A DNA stretch of 42,853 bases from Malacoraja senta (lineage: Eukaryota). Positions 11,961-22,639 of the stretch are shown here, in pieces. The DNA lies in NCBI GenBank assembly GCA_038087875.1, contig JAXLNO010000641.1:1-42853 (forward strand), in the 5' to 3' direction. Below the pieces are notes generated by a model that was not told the origin of the DNA, did no database searches, and saw nothing but the letters and a program-made list of their open reading frames with translations. Numbering within the stretch: the first letter of the stretch is position 1; every line of letters starts with the position of its first letter. Made by a program: the position numbers and the translations under genes.

Positions 11961-12719
11961 GATTTAAAGTTCTTGAGCAGCCTCAATTATCATGCTTTTT
12001 TTCCCGCTTTCAATCTTCTTTAATTTATCTTCCATTTCTCTCTCTGATCATCTGCATTGTTTAACTCTCTCATTGCTGAATTCAATTACTGCTCCTTCTT
12101 CCTCTGCTGCCTCAGCCCTTTTCCCTTCTTTCTCATCTGCCTTTTCGGTCTCCGAGTCACTATCAGCATCATTTTCGTCTGGGGGGGTGCCCTTTCCTGT
12201 AGGGGTGCTGGAGCTTCCCCCTCCCTGCAGGATCTTGTATGGGGGAGGTGGTCTACACTATTCCCGACTTTATTCCTTCATTCCCCTCTTCTATAAACAG
12301 GGTCGCCATGTCAGACAAGGGGTCTCTAGAGGACTTACCGGTACCGGGTTTGTTCTAAACCATTAATTGCTTGTTTTCTGAACTCTTATCAGTGCTTTCT
12401 CTCTCTACCTTGGCCATTTTCACTTGTTCCTCTGCCCACTGGCATTCTAGCTGTACAACACGTTCCACCCTTTCATAGTACCATCCTTGTTCCTTAACTC
12501 TATCCCTCTCTCCTCATATTTCTTCTCCGCTTTCCATTCCTTAATTCACTTTGTCCATTTCTTTCCTGCGTCTCTTTCCCATATCAACATCTGCTCTTTT
12601 AATCATCTTTACATTCCCTGTTCTACCCACTGGCCAGGACTTATCTTACTTTTAGCATTCAAATAACACATGTGTTGCACAGGCGTTCCCCTGTCACTTT
12701 AGTCCAAATTGTTACCCAT
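11961..12719 (-). pseudogene. Degenerate endogenous retrovirus gag (matrix region and late domain)
   Basis: Minus-strand ATG GGT AAC AAT TTG (MGNNL, myristoylation-type start) at 12719; RPPPPYK late-domain motif near 12235-12254; many stops; lies downstream of a PBS. Confidence 0.7.
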
Positions 12720-12914
12720 TATTGCAGTGTCTTTTAACACTTACTTAATTGTGAATGACACTTTCTACCTGCGGAGCTAATCAACGAGTACTTTTCTAGT
12801 AGCAAAATATGGGCATTTCCCCATCATTTTTATCCAGATTATTCCCCATAGCTGATACACTCTCTCAGCCCAGCTACTTTGTGAACGACAAACTTTTTAA
12901 GTTTGCGATGCCAA

Positions 12915-13035
12915 TTGCCGACTACTCTCCTAGTAGCAATATACCTTACGAACTACTTTCCTAGTAGGAAATTCTCTTACCAACTACTTTTCTTGTAGCA
13001 AATTATCTTACCAACTACTTTCCCAGTAGCAAATA
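12915..13035. repeat. About 31-bp tandem repeats in the ERV leader
   Basis: Four units with core ACTACTYTY(C/T)..GTAG(C/G)AA; a related unit lies near 12787. Confidence 0.7.
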
Positions 13036-13244
13036 TTTCAATACAGTTGATCTTACCTTTGTTGTCTGCATCTAAGGATTTCGGCAGGGCATCAGATCAA
13101 CCTACTACGGAAAACCGAAGTTTACCCGAGTCTTTCTTCGCGAGGTCGGTCTCCAGGGGTCCGACTAGTGCACTTTTTTTCCCCCATCCGATCCCGGTCA
13201 AACTATGGCCTCTTACTCAGTCGTCTGTTGATGGTCCCAGTGAA

Positions 13245-13262
13245 ATCCTGCCGACTATGCCA
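13245..13262 (-). promoter_or_regulatory. Retroviral primer-binding site, tRNA-Ser
   Basis: Minus strand reads TGGCATAGTCGGCAGGAT, 17/18 complementary to the vertebrate tRNA-Ser 3' end (..ATCCTGCCGACTACGCCA), one base after an LTR-like ..TAACA end; splice-donor-like AAAG|GTAAGA downstream near 13051-13060. Confidence 0.85.
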
Positions 13263-13263
13263 A

Positions 13264-13860
13264 TGTTAAGGTTCATTTCTTAAAACAGACAACTCACAAT
13301 GTTAGATAAACCAACACAAGCTTTCCTGATCATTTAGCTGGCGAGAGTGCCAGGGGATACAAAGTCAAGTATGCAAGTATGGGCCATCACTCTAATGAAC
13401 AAAGACATAAAGCATCTGTTTATAGTATTTTGGAAACGTAGTCACATGTTTATACAGCAATGATGTTTAATACAAATCAATCACAGCTCTACCTATTCAA
13501 ATACTTCTTGTCACTGATACAATACGCTTGTCATCCCGTGCTTCTATCAATCATAAACTGTTGATCACAAACATCGAAACAGGAACTTAGTCAAGAAGCA
13601 CAACATTTACAATTCCGTCTTAATAATGTAATCTTCGATTGTCAGCTACCAACCAGCAGGCTTCTGTTTACAGAAACTACCAACTCCAAAGGAAACACAT
13701 CCTCTCTCAAGGCTTCTGTTTTCAGATGCCAGCACCTTCTCAGGAAGTACATCCCCTCCCACCATTGAAATGTTTTTTTGCTTGGGCAAAGCAGGAAGCA
13801 GCTTGAATGCAGTTTGAATGCTGGCCTCCAATTTCCTGATCATCCGGCTCTTCTACAGCA
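13264..13860 (-). mobile_element. ERV 5' LTR (distal boundary uncertain)
   Basis: Begins TGTT on + (..AACA on -) next to the PBS; TATAAA on the minus strand near 13418-13423. Confidence 0.55.
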
Positions 13861-15029
13861 CAGAATTACAAAGATTCAGTTTACTCAAAACCCAAATAAG
13901 TTAATCTTTGCTTAATAAAACACCTTACATTATAATTTATTGTTAACTAGAATATTCTCTCGGGCTCTGGGACTGGCTTAGAAGAAACAGGTTACACGTT
14001 GATCACCTGTGTTCATGCCGTCTCTCAGGCTGACAGTTCATTGTTCATTGATCTGTCATTGCTCATCTGTATTGTGTTGATGCGGGTCCCTAATCCATGT
14101 TAAATAGTGTGAAGCATAGTTGAAATTCCCCCTCTATTTAATGTCCATGTTCCAGTGAAGTAAATAACTCGTTGCACCATCGGCAGTAAAGGAAAGATAA
14201 GAATCTGACACAACGGCAGAAGAATAGCGTAGGTGTAAGAACAGAGTCAATGTGGATGTATGAAAAGGACATCATGGGTGAGAAATCTTTTAAAGCTCAC
14301 GTTGTTAGATGTTTGTGACTAGCAAAGAAGGGTTGAGTTTTTCAACAAACCATGTAGCTGTAGACGAAATCGGCCATTATTCATCACAAGCAGACACATA
14401 GGTGGGAGTATCTCTTTGTATAATCTCCTGGAGGAACTGGAATGAACAGCAGGTATTCAAGCTGAGAGGCTGTGACTAGTGAGAGGTGGTGCAGAGTTTG
14501 GTGCTGGGACCCTCACTGTTCACAATCGAGGATGAGGAGACCAAGTATAACATATCCTGGTTAGTTGGTAGGAGATGCAACATGTGAGGAGGCTGCAAGG
14601 GGCACAGACAAGTATAAAGAGCAGGACAAGCCAGAAGGTCTATAAATTGGAAAAATATAGTCATTCACTTCTGTCGGAAAAATGGACATGCAGAGCATTT
14701 TTTTGAATGTTTTGAAACTGTAAGGTCAGAAGAATCTGGGTGTTCTCATACACAAAATAACTTAAAGTCAACATGTAGATAGAATGAGCAGTTTGGAAGG
14801 CAAATAATATACTAAAAAACAAAAGGCACAAGCTGTTGGAGTAACTCAAAATGTCAGCCAGCAAGTCCGGAGAACATGGATAAATCTGACATCCTCGATA
14901 ATCTTACTCTTCAATTATCCTGAGCCTCCCTGGGAAGTATGTGATGGTATTCAAATTTTAGAAACTGTTACACACTAAATGCTGGAGAAATATGATGCCT
15001 TCCATTGAGCTCTATGTATATTCACACAG

Positions 15030-15377
15030 ATCCCCTGGATGATCCGGTCCTTATCCAGTCTCCGTCAGTCAGCAAGGTGGCAGAGGGTGTAACTGTGCAG
15101 TTGCAATGTGCCTTGCACAATGTCGGTGTGAATGACACTGATGTCCACTGGAGCCAGCAGCGACCTGGGAAAAACAGCGAGTGGGTAATGAGCCACTTTG
15201 TGGATGGCAACGTCACCAGGTCCGGCTGTATCTCTGACCGCTTTAAGTCTTTCAGGAATGCCATGAGCAACAATTACATTCTGACAATCGCCAATGTCTC
15301 CATCAATGATACTGCTGTCTACAACTGCAGTGTGTGGAGTTACATCTATGGAGCAGGGTCCCAGCTCAACGTAACTG
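15030..15377 (+). CDS. Exon: Ig V-set domain 1 with germline-encoded J-like strand (VJ-type) of a putative ITAM-bearing receptor
   Basis: Acceptor TTCACACAG|15030 and donor 15377|GTAAGT, phase 1-1. DPVLIQSP..VQLQC..VHWSQQRPGK..EWV..DRF..YILTIANVSINDTAVYNC SVWSYIYGAGSQLNVT: B-strand Cys, C-strand Trp, D-x-A-x-Y-x-C and a Y-G-x-G-S-x-L-x-V J motif. Confidence 0.9.
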
Positions 15378-16962
15378 GTAAGTCATTGTTTGCCTGCACA
15401 GACTATAACAGCAGCTCACACTTCAACCTTCACGCAATGACTCACCGACACATGGGAATTCTGTACCACTCCCAGTAAAACAGAGAGTGGGGAAGTTATC
15501 CATGGCGTGTAAAGTGCAACAGCTAGGAAATAGATAATTGTGTGAAAGGACGAGTACAAGGAAACAAAAATCAAAAGTGTCAAAAGTCTCCGCAAATGGT
15601 TTGTGGATGAACAACCCTTTGGGTTTGAGTTGTCAGAGATGGAAGATATTACCAACTAATAGCATAAAGTCAAATAGTCATACAGCGTGGAAACAGGCCC
15701 TTCTGCCCAACTTGCCCACACGTGCCACAGCTACACTAGTCCCACCTGCCTGCGTTTGGACCATATCCCTCCTGAAACAAATCAGAATACGGAGAGAAAG
15801 AGGATAACTTAATATGAGTTGTTAAAAGGAATAGATTAGCCCATAAAATCCAAAAGATGTATAAGTACATGGGAGAAGAAATATTATGAAATGCTTAAGA
15901 AAAAGCCAAGCTTGAGTTTTAGAGTTTGAGTTTAATTTATTGTCACGTGTACCGAGGTACAGTAAAAAGCTTTTGCGGGCTAACCAATCAGCGGAAAGAC
16001 AATACATAATTACAATTGAGCTATCCACAGTGTATAGATACACAATAAAGGGAATAACGTGAATAACGTTTAGTGCTAGATAAAGCCAGTGAAGTCCGAT
16101 CAACGATAGTCCAAGGATCTCCAATGTAGATATTAGTTCCAGAGGAACTCAGCTGGTCAGCCAACATCTGTGAAGGTAAATGGACAGACAGTGTTTCGGG
16201 TCAAGACCTCTTCAGACTGATGGAGCAGGAGAGCTGGTAGAAAGAGGTGAGGGAGTAATGTTGGGGCAAGAGCTTGCAAGTGATAGGTAGACTCAGATAT
16301 GGAAGGGTTGATTGTCAGATGAATGAGGTGCAGGAGGAATAGGGGAAGATATTAACGAAGAGGTGATAAGCGGAGAAGACAAAAGATTACAAATAATGAA
16401 TTCTGGTAAGAAAAGGTGTGAAATAAGATGTAGAACCCGAGGGCGGATGGTGAGGTAGATTGGAACTGGAAGGGGGAGGTGATGTGGCAGATATAGGTAC
16501 CCAGAGGGGCTAGGGGTGTGTAATGTATAGCGAGTGGAAATACAGGTATATGTGTGAGGTTTTTTGTATCTGCACCTTCTTTGTAGCTTGTTCAGTGCCT
16601 TCTGAAAGTCCAAATGCACATCAGCTAGTTATCCTTTATCCATGTTGCTAACTACAATCTCAATTAGCTGATTTATTGAATATGATTTCCTTTACAAAAA
16701 CCTTTTGACTCCACCCAGTCCTGATATATTCCAAATGCCCCACTTACTTAATAATAAATTAATAATAGATTACAGCTCTTCCCTCATCCACGCTTCCCCT
16801 CATAATCTTGTGTGCTGATCTACACTCTCAACTCATCCGTCTCACTTGCTGTGCTTCTTGCTTTAAAGTAAATACAGTTAAACTTACCGGGCCTCTCATG
16901 CTCCCCCTACAATCTCTGTCAATACTTTCACTGGACTTGCCTGTTCTATTTTCTACATATGA

Positions 16963-17490
16963 TTGTGATCATGGCTGATCATCCACAATCAGTAACCCTT
17001 GCTTGCCTTCTCCCCTTATCCCTTGATTCCGCTAGCTGCTAGCTCTTTTAAATTCATCCTGTGAATTGGCCTCCACTGCCTTCTGTGGCAGAGAATTCCA
17101 CAAATTCACAACTCTCTGAGTGAAAAGGTTTTTTCTCATCTCAGTTTTAAATGGCCTCCCCTTTATTCTTAAACTGTGGCCCCTGGTTCTGGACTCCCCC
17201 AACATTGGGAATTTTTTTCCTGCATCTAGCTTGTCCAGTCCTTTTATAATTTTATACATTTCTATAAGATACCCTCTCATCCTAAATTCCAGTGAATACA
17301 AGCCCAGTGAAGTCAAATCTTTCCTCATACGACAGTCCCGCCATCCCGGGGATTAACCTCGTGAACCTACGCTGCACTGCCTCAATAGCAAGGATGTCTT
17401 TCCTCAAATTAGGACACCAAAACTGCACACAATATTCCAGATGTGGTCTCAATAGGGCTCTGCACAACTGCATAAGGACCTCTACTCCTG
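16963..17490 (-). mobile_element. CR1 3' fragment abutting the second V exon
   Basis: Minus-strand ALLRPHLEYCVQFWCPNLRKDI and GLYSLEFRMRG..FTQRVVNLWNSLP; 3'UTR GATCAGCCATGATCAC. Confidence 0.9.
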
Positions 17491-17500
17491 AAGTGGGAAA

Positions 17501-17732
17501 CACTGGTACCGAGAACTACCCGGGCAGGACATGGAGTGGGTTTTAACACACGAGGCAAGAGTCAGCGTACGAACGAGACCAGTCTTCACTGAGCAGTTCC
17601 AGCCGTTCAAAGACGCCTCCAACAGCAGCTTCATCCTGACGGTCACAAACGTGATGCTCAATGACTCTGCCGTCTATTACTGCACAGTGTGGGGAGATAT
17701 CACAGGGAATGGAACCCAGATGATTGTCATTA
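17501..17732 (+). pseudogene. Ig V-set (VJ-type) domain 2 exon remnant lacking its 5' part
   Basis: HWYRELPGQDMEWVL..FQPFKDASNSSFILTVTNVMLNDSAVYYCTVWGDITGNGTQMIVI, paralogous to V1; intact phase-1 donor 17732|GTAAGT; in-frame TGA at 17489 and no A/B strands, first Cys or phase-1 acceptor upstream. Confidence 0.85.
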
Positions 17733-18029
17733 GTAAGTTCAGTTTACACAATACTATATGATCTCCGTTAGTGTAGATATGGAGCATGCCAGGGGTGGGA
17801 TAGCGGTTTTGCACTTTCATTTTCATTTCGGTTTATAATATTTACAATATTAAAAACATTAAAAGTATTGAATCTTTTAGTTTTCATAGTCATATGGCAT
17901 GAAAACAGGCCCTTCGGTGCAACATCCCCATACCGATTCATTTTCATGCATATATTTATGCTTTCTGATGGCTATTTGTGGAACATCACTTTTCGGCCCC
18001 GGCTTCTGACTCCAAGCTTACAGTCACAC

Positions 18030-21000
18030 TTCAGATTCAGATTCAGATTCAGATTCAACTTTATTGTCATTGTGCAGTGTACAGTACAGAGACAACGAAA
18101 TGCAGTTAGCATCTCCCTAGAAGAGCGACATAAATATGAGCAGTAAATAAATAAATCTAATCTAATAAATCCTGGTGGGAGGAGTGTCCGGGGGGGGGGG
18201 GGGGTGTGATTGGCAGTCACCGAGGTACAGTGTTGAGTAGTGTAACCGCCGCAGGGAAGAAGCTGTTCCTGGACCTGCTGGTCCGGCAACGGAGAGACCT
18301 GTAGCGCCTCCCGGATGGTAGGAGGGTAAACAGTCTGTGGTTGGGGTGAGAGCAGTCCTTGGCGATGCTGAGCGCCCTTCGCAGACAACGCTTGCTTTGG
18401 ACAGACTCAATGGTGGGGAGTGAGGAACCGGTGATGCGTTGGGCAATTTTCACCACCCTCTGCAGTGCTTTCCGGTCGGAGACAGAGCAGTTGCCATACC
18501 ATACTGTGATGCAGTTGGTAAGGATGCTCTCGATGGTGCAGCGGTAGAAGTTCACCAGAATCCGAGGAGACAGATGGACCTTCTTTAGTCTCCTCAGGAA
18601 GAAGAGACGCTGGTGAGCCTTCTTGACCAGAGTTGAGGTATTGTTGGTCCAAGAGAGGTCATCGGAGATGTTGACCCCCAGGAACCTGAAGCTGGAAACA
18701 CGTTCCACCTCCCTCCCGTTAATGTGGATGGGGGTGTGCATGCCGCCCCTAGACTTCCTGAAGTCTACAATGAGCTCCTTGGTCTTCTTGGAATTAAGGG
18801 CCAGGTTGTTGTCAGCGCACCATGCTGCTAGGAGCTGGACCTCCTCCCTATAGGCCGACTCATCGTTGTTGCTGATGAGGCCAATCACCGTTGTATCATC
18901 TGCATACTTGATGATGGTGTTAGTACCATGCACAGGTGTGCAGTCGTAGGTGAAGAGGGAGTAGAGGAGGGGGCTCAGCACACAGCCCTGTGGAACGCCG
19001 GTGTTCAGGGTGAGGGTTGAAGAGGTGTGCTTGTCTAACCTAACAGACTGGGGTCTGTTGGTTAGAAAGTCCAGTATCCAGTTGCAGAGGGAGGGGTCGA
19101 TGCCCAGGTCACCGAGTTTGGTGATCAGTTTAGAGGGTATGATGGTGTTGAATGCTGAGCTGTAATCGATGAACAGCATTCTTACGTAAGTGTCTCTGTT
19201 GTCGAGGTGGGAGAGGGCGGAGTGAAGTGCCGTTGAGATGGCATCCTCCGTACTCCTGTTCTTGCGGTAGGCAAACTGATAGGGATCCAACGTGGGGGGT
19301 AGGCAGCCTTTGAGGTGTGCCAGGACCAGCCTCTCGAAGCACTTGGCGATGATGGGAGTAAGTGCAACTGGGCGGAAGTCGTTGAGGCTTGCCGCAGTGG
19401 AGTGTTTTGGCACCGGCACGATGGAGGTGGATTTAAGGCACGTGGGCACAACTGCTTGGGCAAGTGACAGGTTGAAGATGTCAGTCCAGACGTCTGTCAG
19501 CTGCGCAGCACAGGCCCTGAGGACGCGCCCGGGGATGCCGTCGTGGCCAGCAGCCTTACGTGCATTAGTCCTACTCAGTGCCACGTACACGTCGAAGGGG
19601 GTGAGTGAGAGGGGCTGGTGATCGGCAGGGAGCACCGCCTTGATGGCCAACTGCCGATTGTCCCTATCGAAACGGCCATAGAAGTGGTTGAGCTCCTCAA
19701 GGAAGGAGGCGTTACGGGATGTGGGGGTGGTGTTGGTGGGTCTAAAGTCCGTGATGGCCTGGATGCCTTGCCACATGCGTCGGGGGTCGGAGTTGTTGTT
19801 GAAGTGCTCCTCAATCCTGAGTTTATGGCAGTGCTTGGCCTTCTTTATGCCCTTCTTCAGGTTAGCCCTGGATGAACTATAGGCTCGGGCATCGCCTGAC
19901 CTGAAAGCGGTGTCCCGTGCTTTCAGCAGTAGCCTGACCTCGCTGTTCATCCATGGCTTCTGATTCGGGAATATGGTCACCTGTTTGAGGGAGGTGACGC
20001 TGTTGATGGTGGAGTTTATAAAGTCCAGAACAGATGATGTATAGGAGTCAATGTCCGTGTGGGAGTCAAGGGTGGCCTGGGCTGCAAACGCCTTCCAGTC
20101 AGTGTTTCCAAAACACTGCTGAAGTGTGGAGTCCGCATCCTCTGACCAGACTTTAACTGTCCTCACAGTGGGTTTAACCCGTCTGATGAGTGGGGAGTAC
20201 TTTGGGAGCAGGAACAATGAGAGGTGATCAGACTGTCCAAGGTGGGGGAGGGGGACGGCTTTGTAAGCTTCAGCCATGTTGGTGTAGACTTTGTCCAGTG
20301 TCTTGCCTTCTCTAGTGGCGAAGGAGACATGTTGGTGGAATTTGGGGAGTACAGTCTTCAGGTTGGAGTGATTGAAGTCACCCGCAACAATGAAGGCTGC
20401 CTCGGGGTTGTGAGTCTGTTGTTTGCTAATGGCAGAATGCAGATCTTTCATTGCAAGCTTGGCATTAGCATCAGGAGGAATATAGGCTGTAGTCACAACA
20501 GTGGAGGTAAACTCTCTGAGCAGATAGAACGGTCTGCATCTAACCAAGAGGAACTCTAGGTTAGCTGAGCAGTGACTCTCGATGATGGTGGTGTCCGTGC
20601 ACCATGCTTTGTTTACATAAATGCACAGACCTCCACCTCTGGTCTTACCGGAGTCAATTGTCCTGTCCGCTCGGAGTAAATGCCGCCCCGTTAGCTGGAT
20701 GGCGCTGTCAGGAACGTCGGTGTTGAGCCAAGTTTCAGTGAGGATCAAGATGCTGCAGTCTTTGATCCAGTTGTGGGAGGTGATCCTTAGCCGGAGTTCG
20801 TCCATTTTGTTAACCAGTGAGCGCACGTTGGCGAGGAAAAGGCTAGGAATCGCTAGCCTGTGTGGGGCGAGCTCTAACCTGGCCTTTAACCCACCTCTGC
20901 GTCCCCGGCGGTGCTTTCGTTCACGTCGCCGTCTGTTGGTGCTTCCGGTCGGCCGAGCTGGCTTGGTGCGCGCTGGTGTTCTGCCGCCCCGCAGCATCGC

Positions 21001-21110
21001 GGCTCCGCTGGTGTTCTGCCGCCCCGCGCCCCCGCGGCTCCGCTGGTGTTCTACCGCCCCGCGGCTCCGCTGGCCTACCGCCCCGCGGCTCCGCTGCCGT
21101 TGTTTCACCT
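18030..21110 (-). mobile_element. Rex1/Babar-type non-LTR retrotransposon in the receptor intron
   Basis: Single APE-RT ORF; (TCTGAA)n tail at about 18030-18057 preceded by AATAAA on the minus strand; GC-rich tandem repeats at the 5' end (about 20970-21100). Confidence 0.9.
18217..21108 (-). CDS. Rex1/Babar APE plus reverse transcriptase, uninterrupted 963-codon ORF (start codon uncertain)
   Basis: LANVRSL, LTETW, AGDFN, LDKVY, SDH; DFRPVALT, QFAYR, DYSSAFNTI, GVPQGCVLSPLLY, YADD; C-terminal LLPSGRRYRS..NSFFP typical of Rex1. Confidence 0.92.
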   Translation of the reverse strand: MKQRQRSRGAVGQRSRGAVEHQRSRGGAGRQNTSGAAMLRGGRTPARTKPARPTGSTNRRRRERKHRRGRRGGLKARLELAPHRLAIPSLFLANVRSLVNKMDELRLRITSHNWIKDCSILILTETWLNTDVPDSAIQLTGRHLLRADRTIDSGKTRGGGLCIYVNKAWCTDTTIIESHCSANLEFLLVRCRPFYLLREFTSTVVTTAYIPPDANAKLAMKDLHSAISKQQTHNPEAAFIVAGDFNHSNLKTVLPKFHQHVSFATREGKTLDKVYTNMAEAYKAVPLPHLGQSDHLSLFLLPKYSPLIRRVKPTVRTVKVWSEDADSTLQQCFGNTDWKAFAAQATLDSHTDIDSYTSSVLDFINSTINSVTSLKQVTIFPNQKPWMNSEVRLLLKARDTAFRSGDARAYSSSRANLKKGIKKAKHCHKLRIEEHFNNNSDPRRMWQGIQAITDFRPTNTTPTSRNASFLEELNHFYGRFDRDNRQLAIKAVLPADHQPLSLTPFDVYVALSRTNARKAAGHDGIPGRVLRACAAQLTDVWTDIFNLSLAQAVVPTCLKSTSIVPVPKHSTAASLNDFRPVALTPIIAKCFERLVLAHLKGCLPPTLDPYQFAYRKNRSTEDAISTALHSALSHLDNRDTYVRMLFIDYSSAFNTIIPSKLITKLGDLGIDPSLCNWILDFLTNRPQSVRLDKHTSSTLTLNTGVPQGCVLSPLLYSLFTYDCTPVHGTNTIIKYADDTTVIGLISNNDESAYREEVQLLAAWCADNNLALNSKKTKELIVDFRKSRGGMHTPIHINGREVERVSSFRFLGVNISDDLSWTNNTSTLVKKAHQRLFFLRRLKKVHLSPRILVNFYRCTIESILTNCITVWYGNCSVSDRKALQRVVKIAQRITGSSLPTIESVQSKRCLRRALSIAKDCSHPNHRLFTLLPSGRRYRSLRCRTSRSRNSFFPAAVTLLNTVPR

Positions 21111-21357
21111 TATTGTGTCAGCCTGAATCTGACCTCACCATTTTGTGCTCACGGAACAGGGCCCCATCTTTCAACCTAGCACGTTAAAACCTTCCAGGGA
21201 CAACAATAAATTAAATAATTTCCTATTGGAGTCGCTCCTCCCAGACTCTCTTTTCTGTTTCACCACTACACCTTCTAGTAACTGTCAACATTCCTTCATT
21301 GGAAGTGGCATCTATCCATCTATATCACCTACCCACCTATCTACCTCCCTACCTACC

Positions 21358-21960
21358 TCTCTCTAAAACTCTTGTTTGTTTGTTTGTTCCCGAAATACAG
21401 CAAAAACGGTACATGACAGCGCAAAAATGTTTGGACCACCTTACTCAACATTGCCGTAACATGTTTCATTCAGAATAATGTTAAATTAAAAAAATTTATT
21501 ACTTTTTAAACTATAATAAATCTGGCATTTGTGCCCCCACATGCCAGCTGCGCCTGTGTAGTTGGGGGAGGGTTACCATGACTCGCATCACAACAGGGAT
21601 CTCTGGGGTCACAACAGGATCCCATCAGACTCACCTGTGCAGTTGAGGGCTATGGGTGAGTGGTGGAATATTGCGTTGGGGGACGGGGGCCCAACAGGTC
21701 CGTGCTTGGTCTAGTATATATGACTAAAACTCTCGTCTTGTATGTATGTATGTATATTTGTTTGTTTGTTTGTTTGTATGTATGTATGTTCCCAAAATTC
21801 AGCCAAAACGGTACAAGATAGCGCAACAATTTTAGACCCAACTTACTCACTATTCATCTGGGGTGTAGAGTAGCAAGTTTTCGTCGATTTGACAAAGTAT
21901 TTCCCTTTAAAAACTTTAATTTTCTTTTTACACCCCAGGCCCGCTGCGCTCCCGGCCCCG
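21358..21960 (+). mobile_element. Two tandem non-autonomous Helitron-like units
   Basis: Both start ..CTAAAACTCT + (TGTT/TGTA)n + GTTCCC.AAAT.CAGC.AAAACGGTAC; the first ends with a GC-rich segment then GGTCTAG|T at 21711-21714. Confidence 0.55.
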
Positions 21961-22301
21961 TTAGCCATATGCTTCCTATTTTTTTCTTTATCCAACCCTC
22001 TGCATCCTGGGTTCCCTATTCTTGTTGAACATTCCTTCATTGGAAGCAGCATCTATCCATCTATATTCTTGACATTCACCCTTACACGAATATGTTAACC
22101 TTGAGTTCTTGTTCTTTCTCCTTCGAATGCTTCCTATTGTGCAGATTTTGACTTGCAGGGAAATACATTTTCACAGTCCACATTTGCCAGGTCCTGACAT
22201 AATGTTGTGAAATTGGCCCTCCCCCAATGTAAGCCCCCTATTCCAATCTATTTCTGTCATTTTACGTAACCATTTTGAAATATACAGATTTATGGTCACT
22301 G

Positions 22302-22412
22302 GGGCGGCACAGTGGCGCAGCGGTAGAGTTCCTGCCTTATAGTGCCAGAGACCCATGTTCAATCCTGACTAGGGGTGCTGTCTGTACGGAGTTTATATGT
22401 TCTCCCTGTGAT
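22302..22412 (+). mobile_element. tRNA-derived V-SINE/HE1-like SINE fragment
   Basis: GGCGGCACAGTGGCGCAGCGGTAGAG (A-box-like), GTTCAATCC (B-box-like), TGTACGGAGTTT.TATGTTCTCCC core; homologous to 38313-38495. Confidence 0.7.
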
Positions 22413-22639
22413 CACCAGAAGGCCAGGCAGCATCTGTGGAGAAAGAAAAACAGAATTAAAGCATTTCTGTGAGAAGGAAGGAATGGATAATACAAAGGAA
22501 ATATCTCTGTTTGAATGTGATGATTTGTAAGCATATTATGCCTCCTTGTCTGTGAGATGTGTTGTTAATAGTGTGCTCAAGGACACATCTAGCAGGACAA
22601 ACTGAGCTAAAATTATGAAGAAACAATAAGTTACGCTAA

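Noticed and set aside
13951..13990. Possible small upstream exon (NILSGSGTGLEET, phase-1 end) feeding V1
   Set aside because: Weak donor (GTTACA), no ATG and not hydrophobic; unsupported without transcripts.
17683..17710. Perfect RSS heptamer CACAGTG at the V2 YYC-TV position, followed by 12 bp and ACAGGGAAT
   Set aside because: It arises from the codons TGC ACA GTG and overlaps the Cys codon; the nonamer matches only 4/9; the J-like strand is already in frame; V1 lacks it.
15030..17732. Interpretation as an Ig light-chain or TCR V cluster
   Set aside because: No RSS, no separate J and no C1 exon were found, and the downstream exons encode a TM plus ITAM tail.
20621..21187. 188-aa + strand ORF and other overlapping ORFs within LINEs and Penelope
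   Set aside because: Antisense or alternative-frame shadows of TE coding sequence.
22302..22380. tRNA gene
   Set aside because: The A/B-box head runs into a SINE core and no full cloverleaf is evident.
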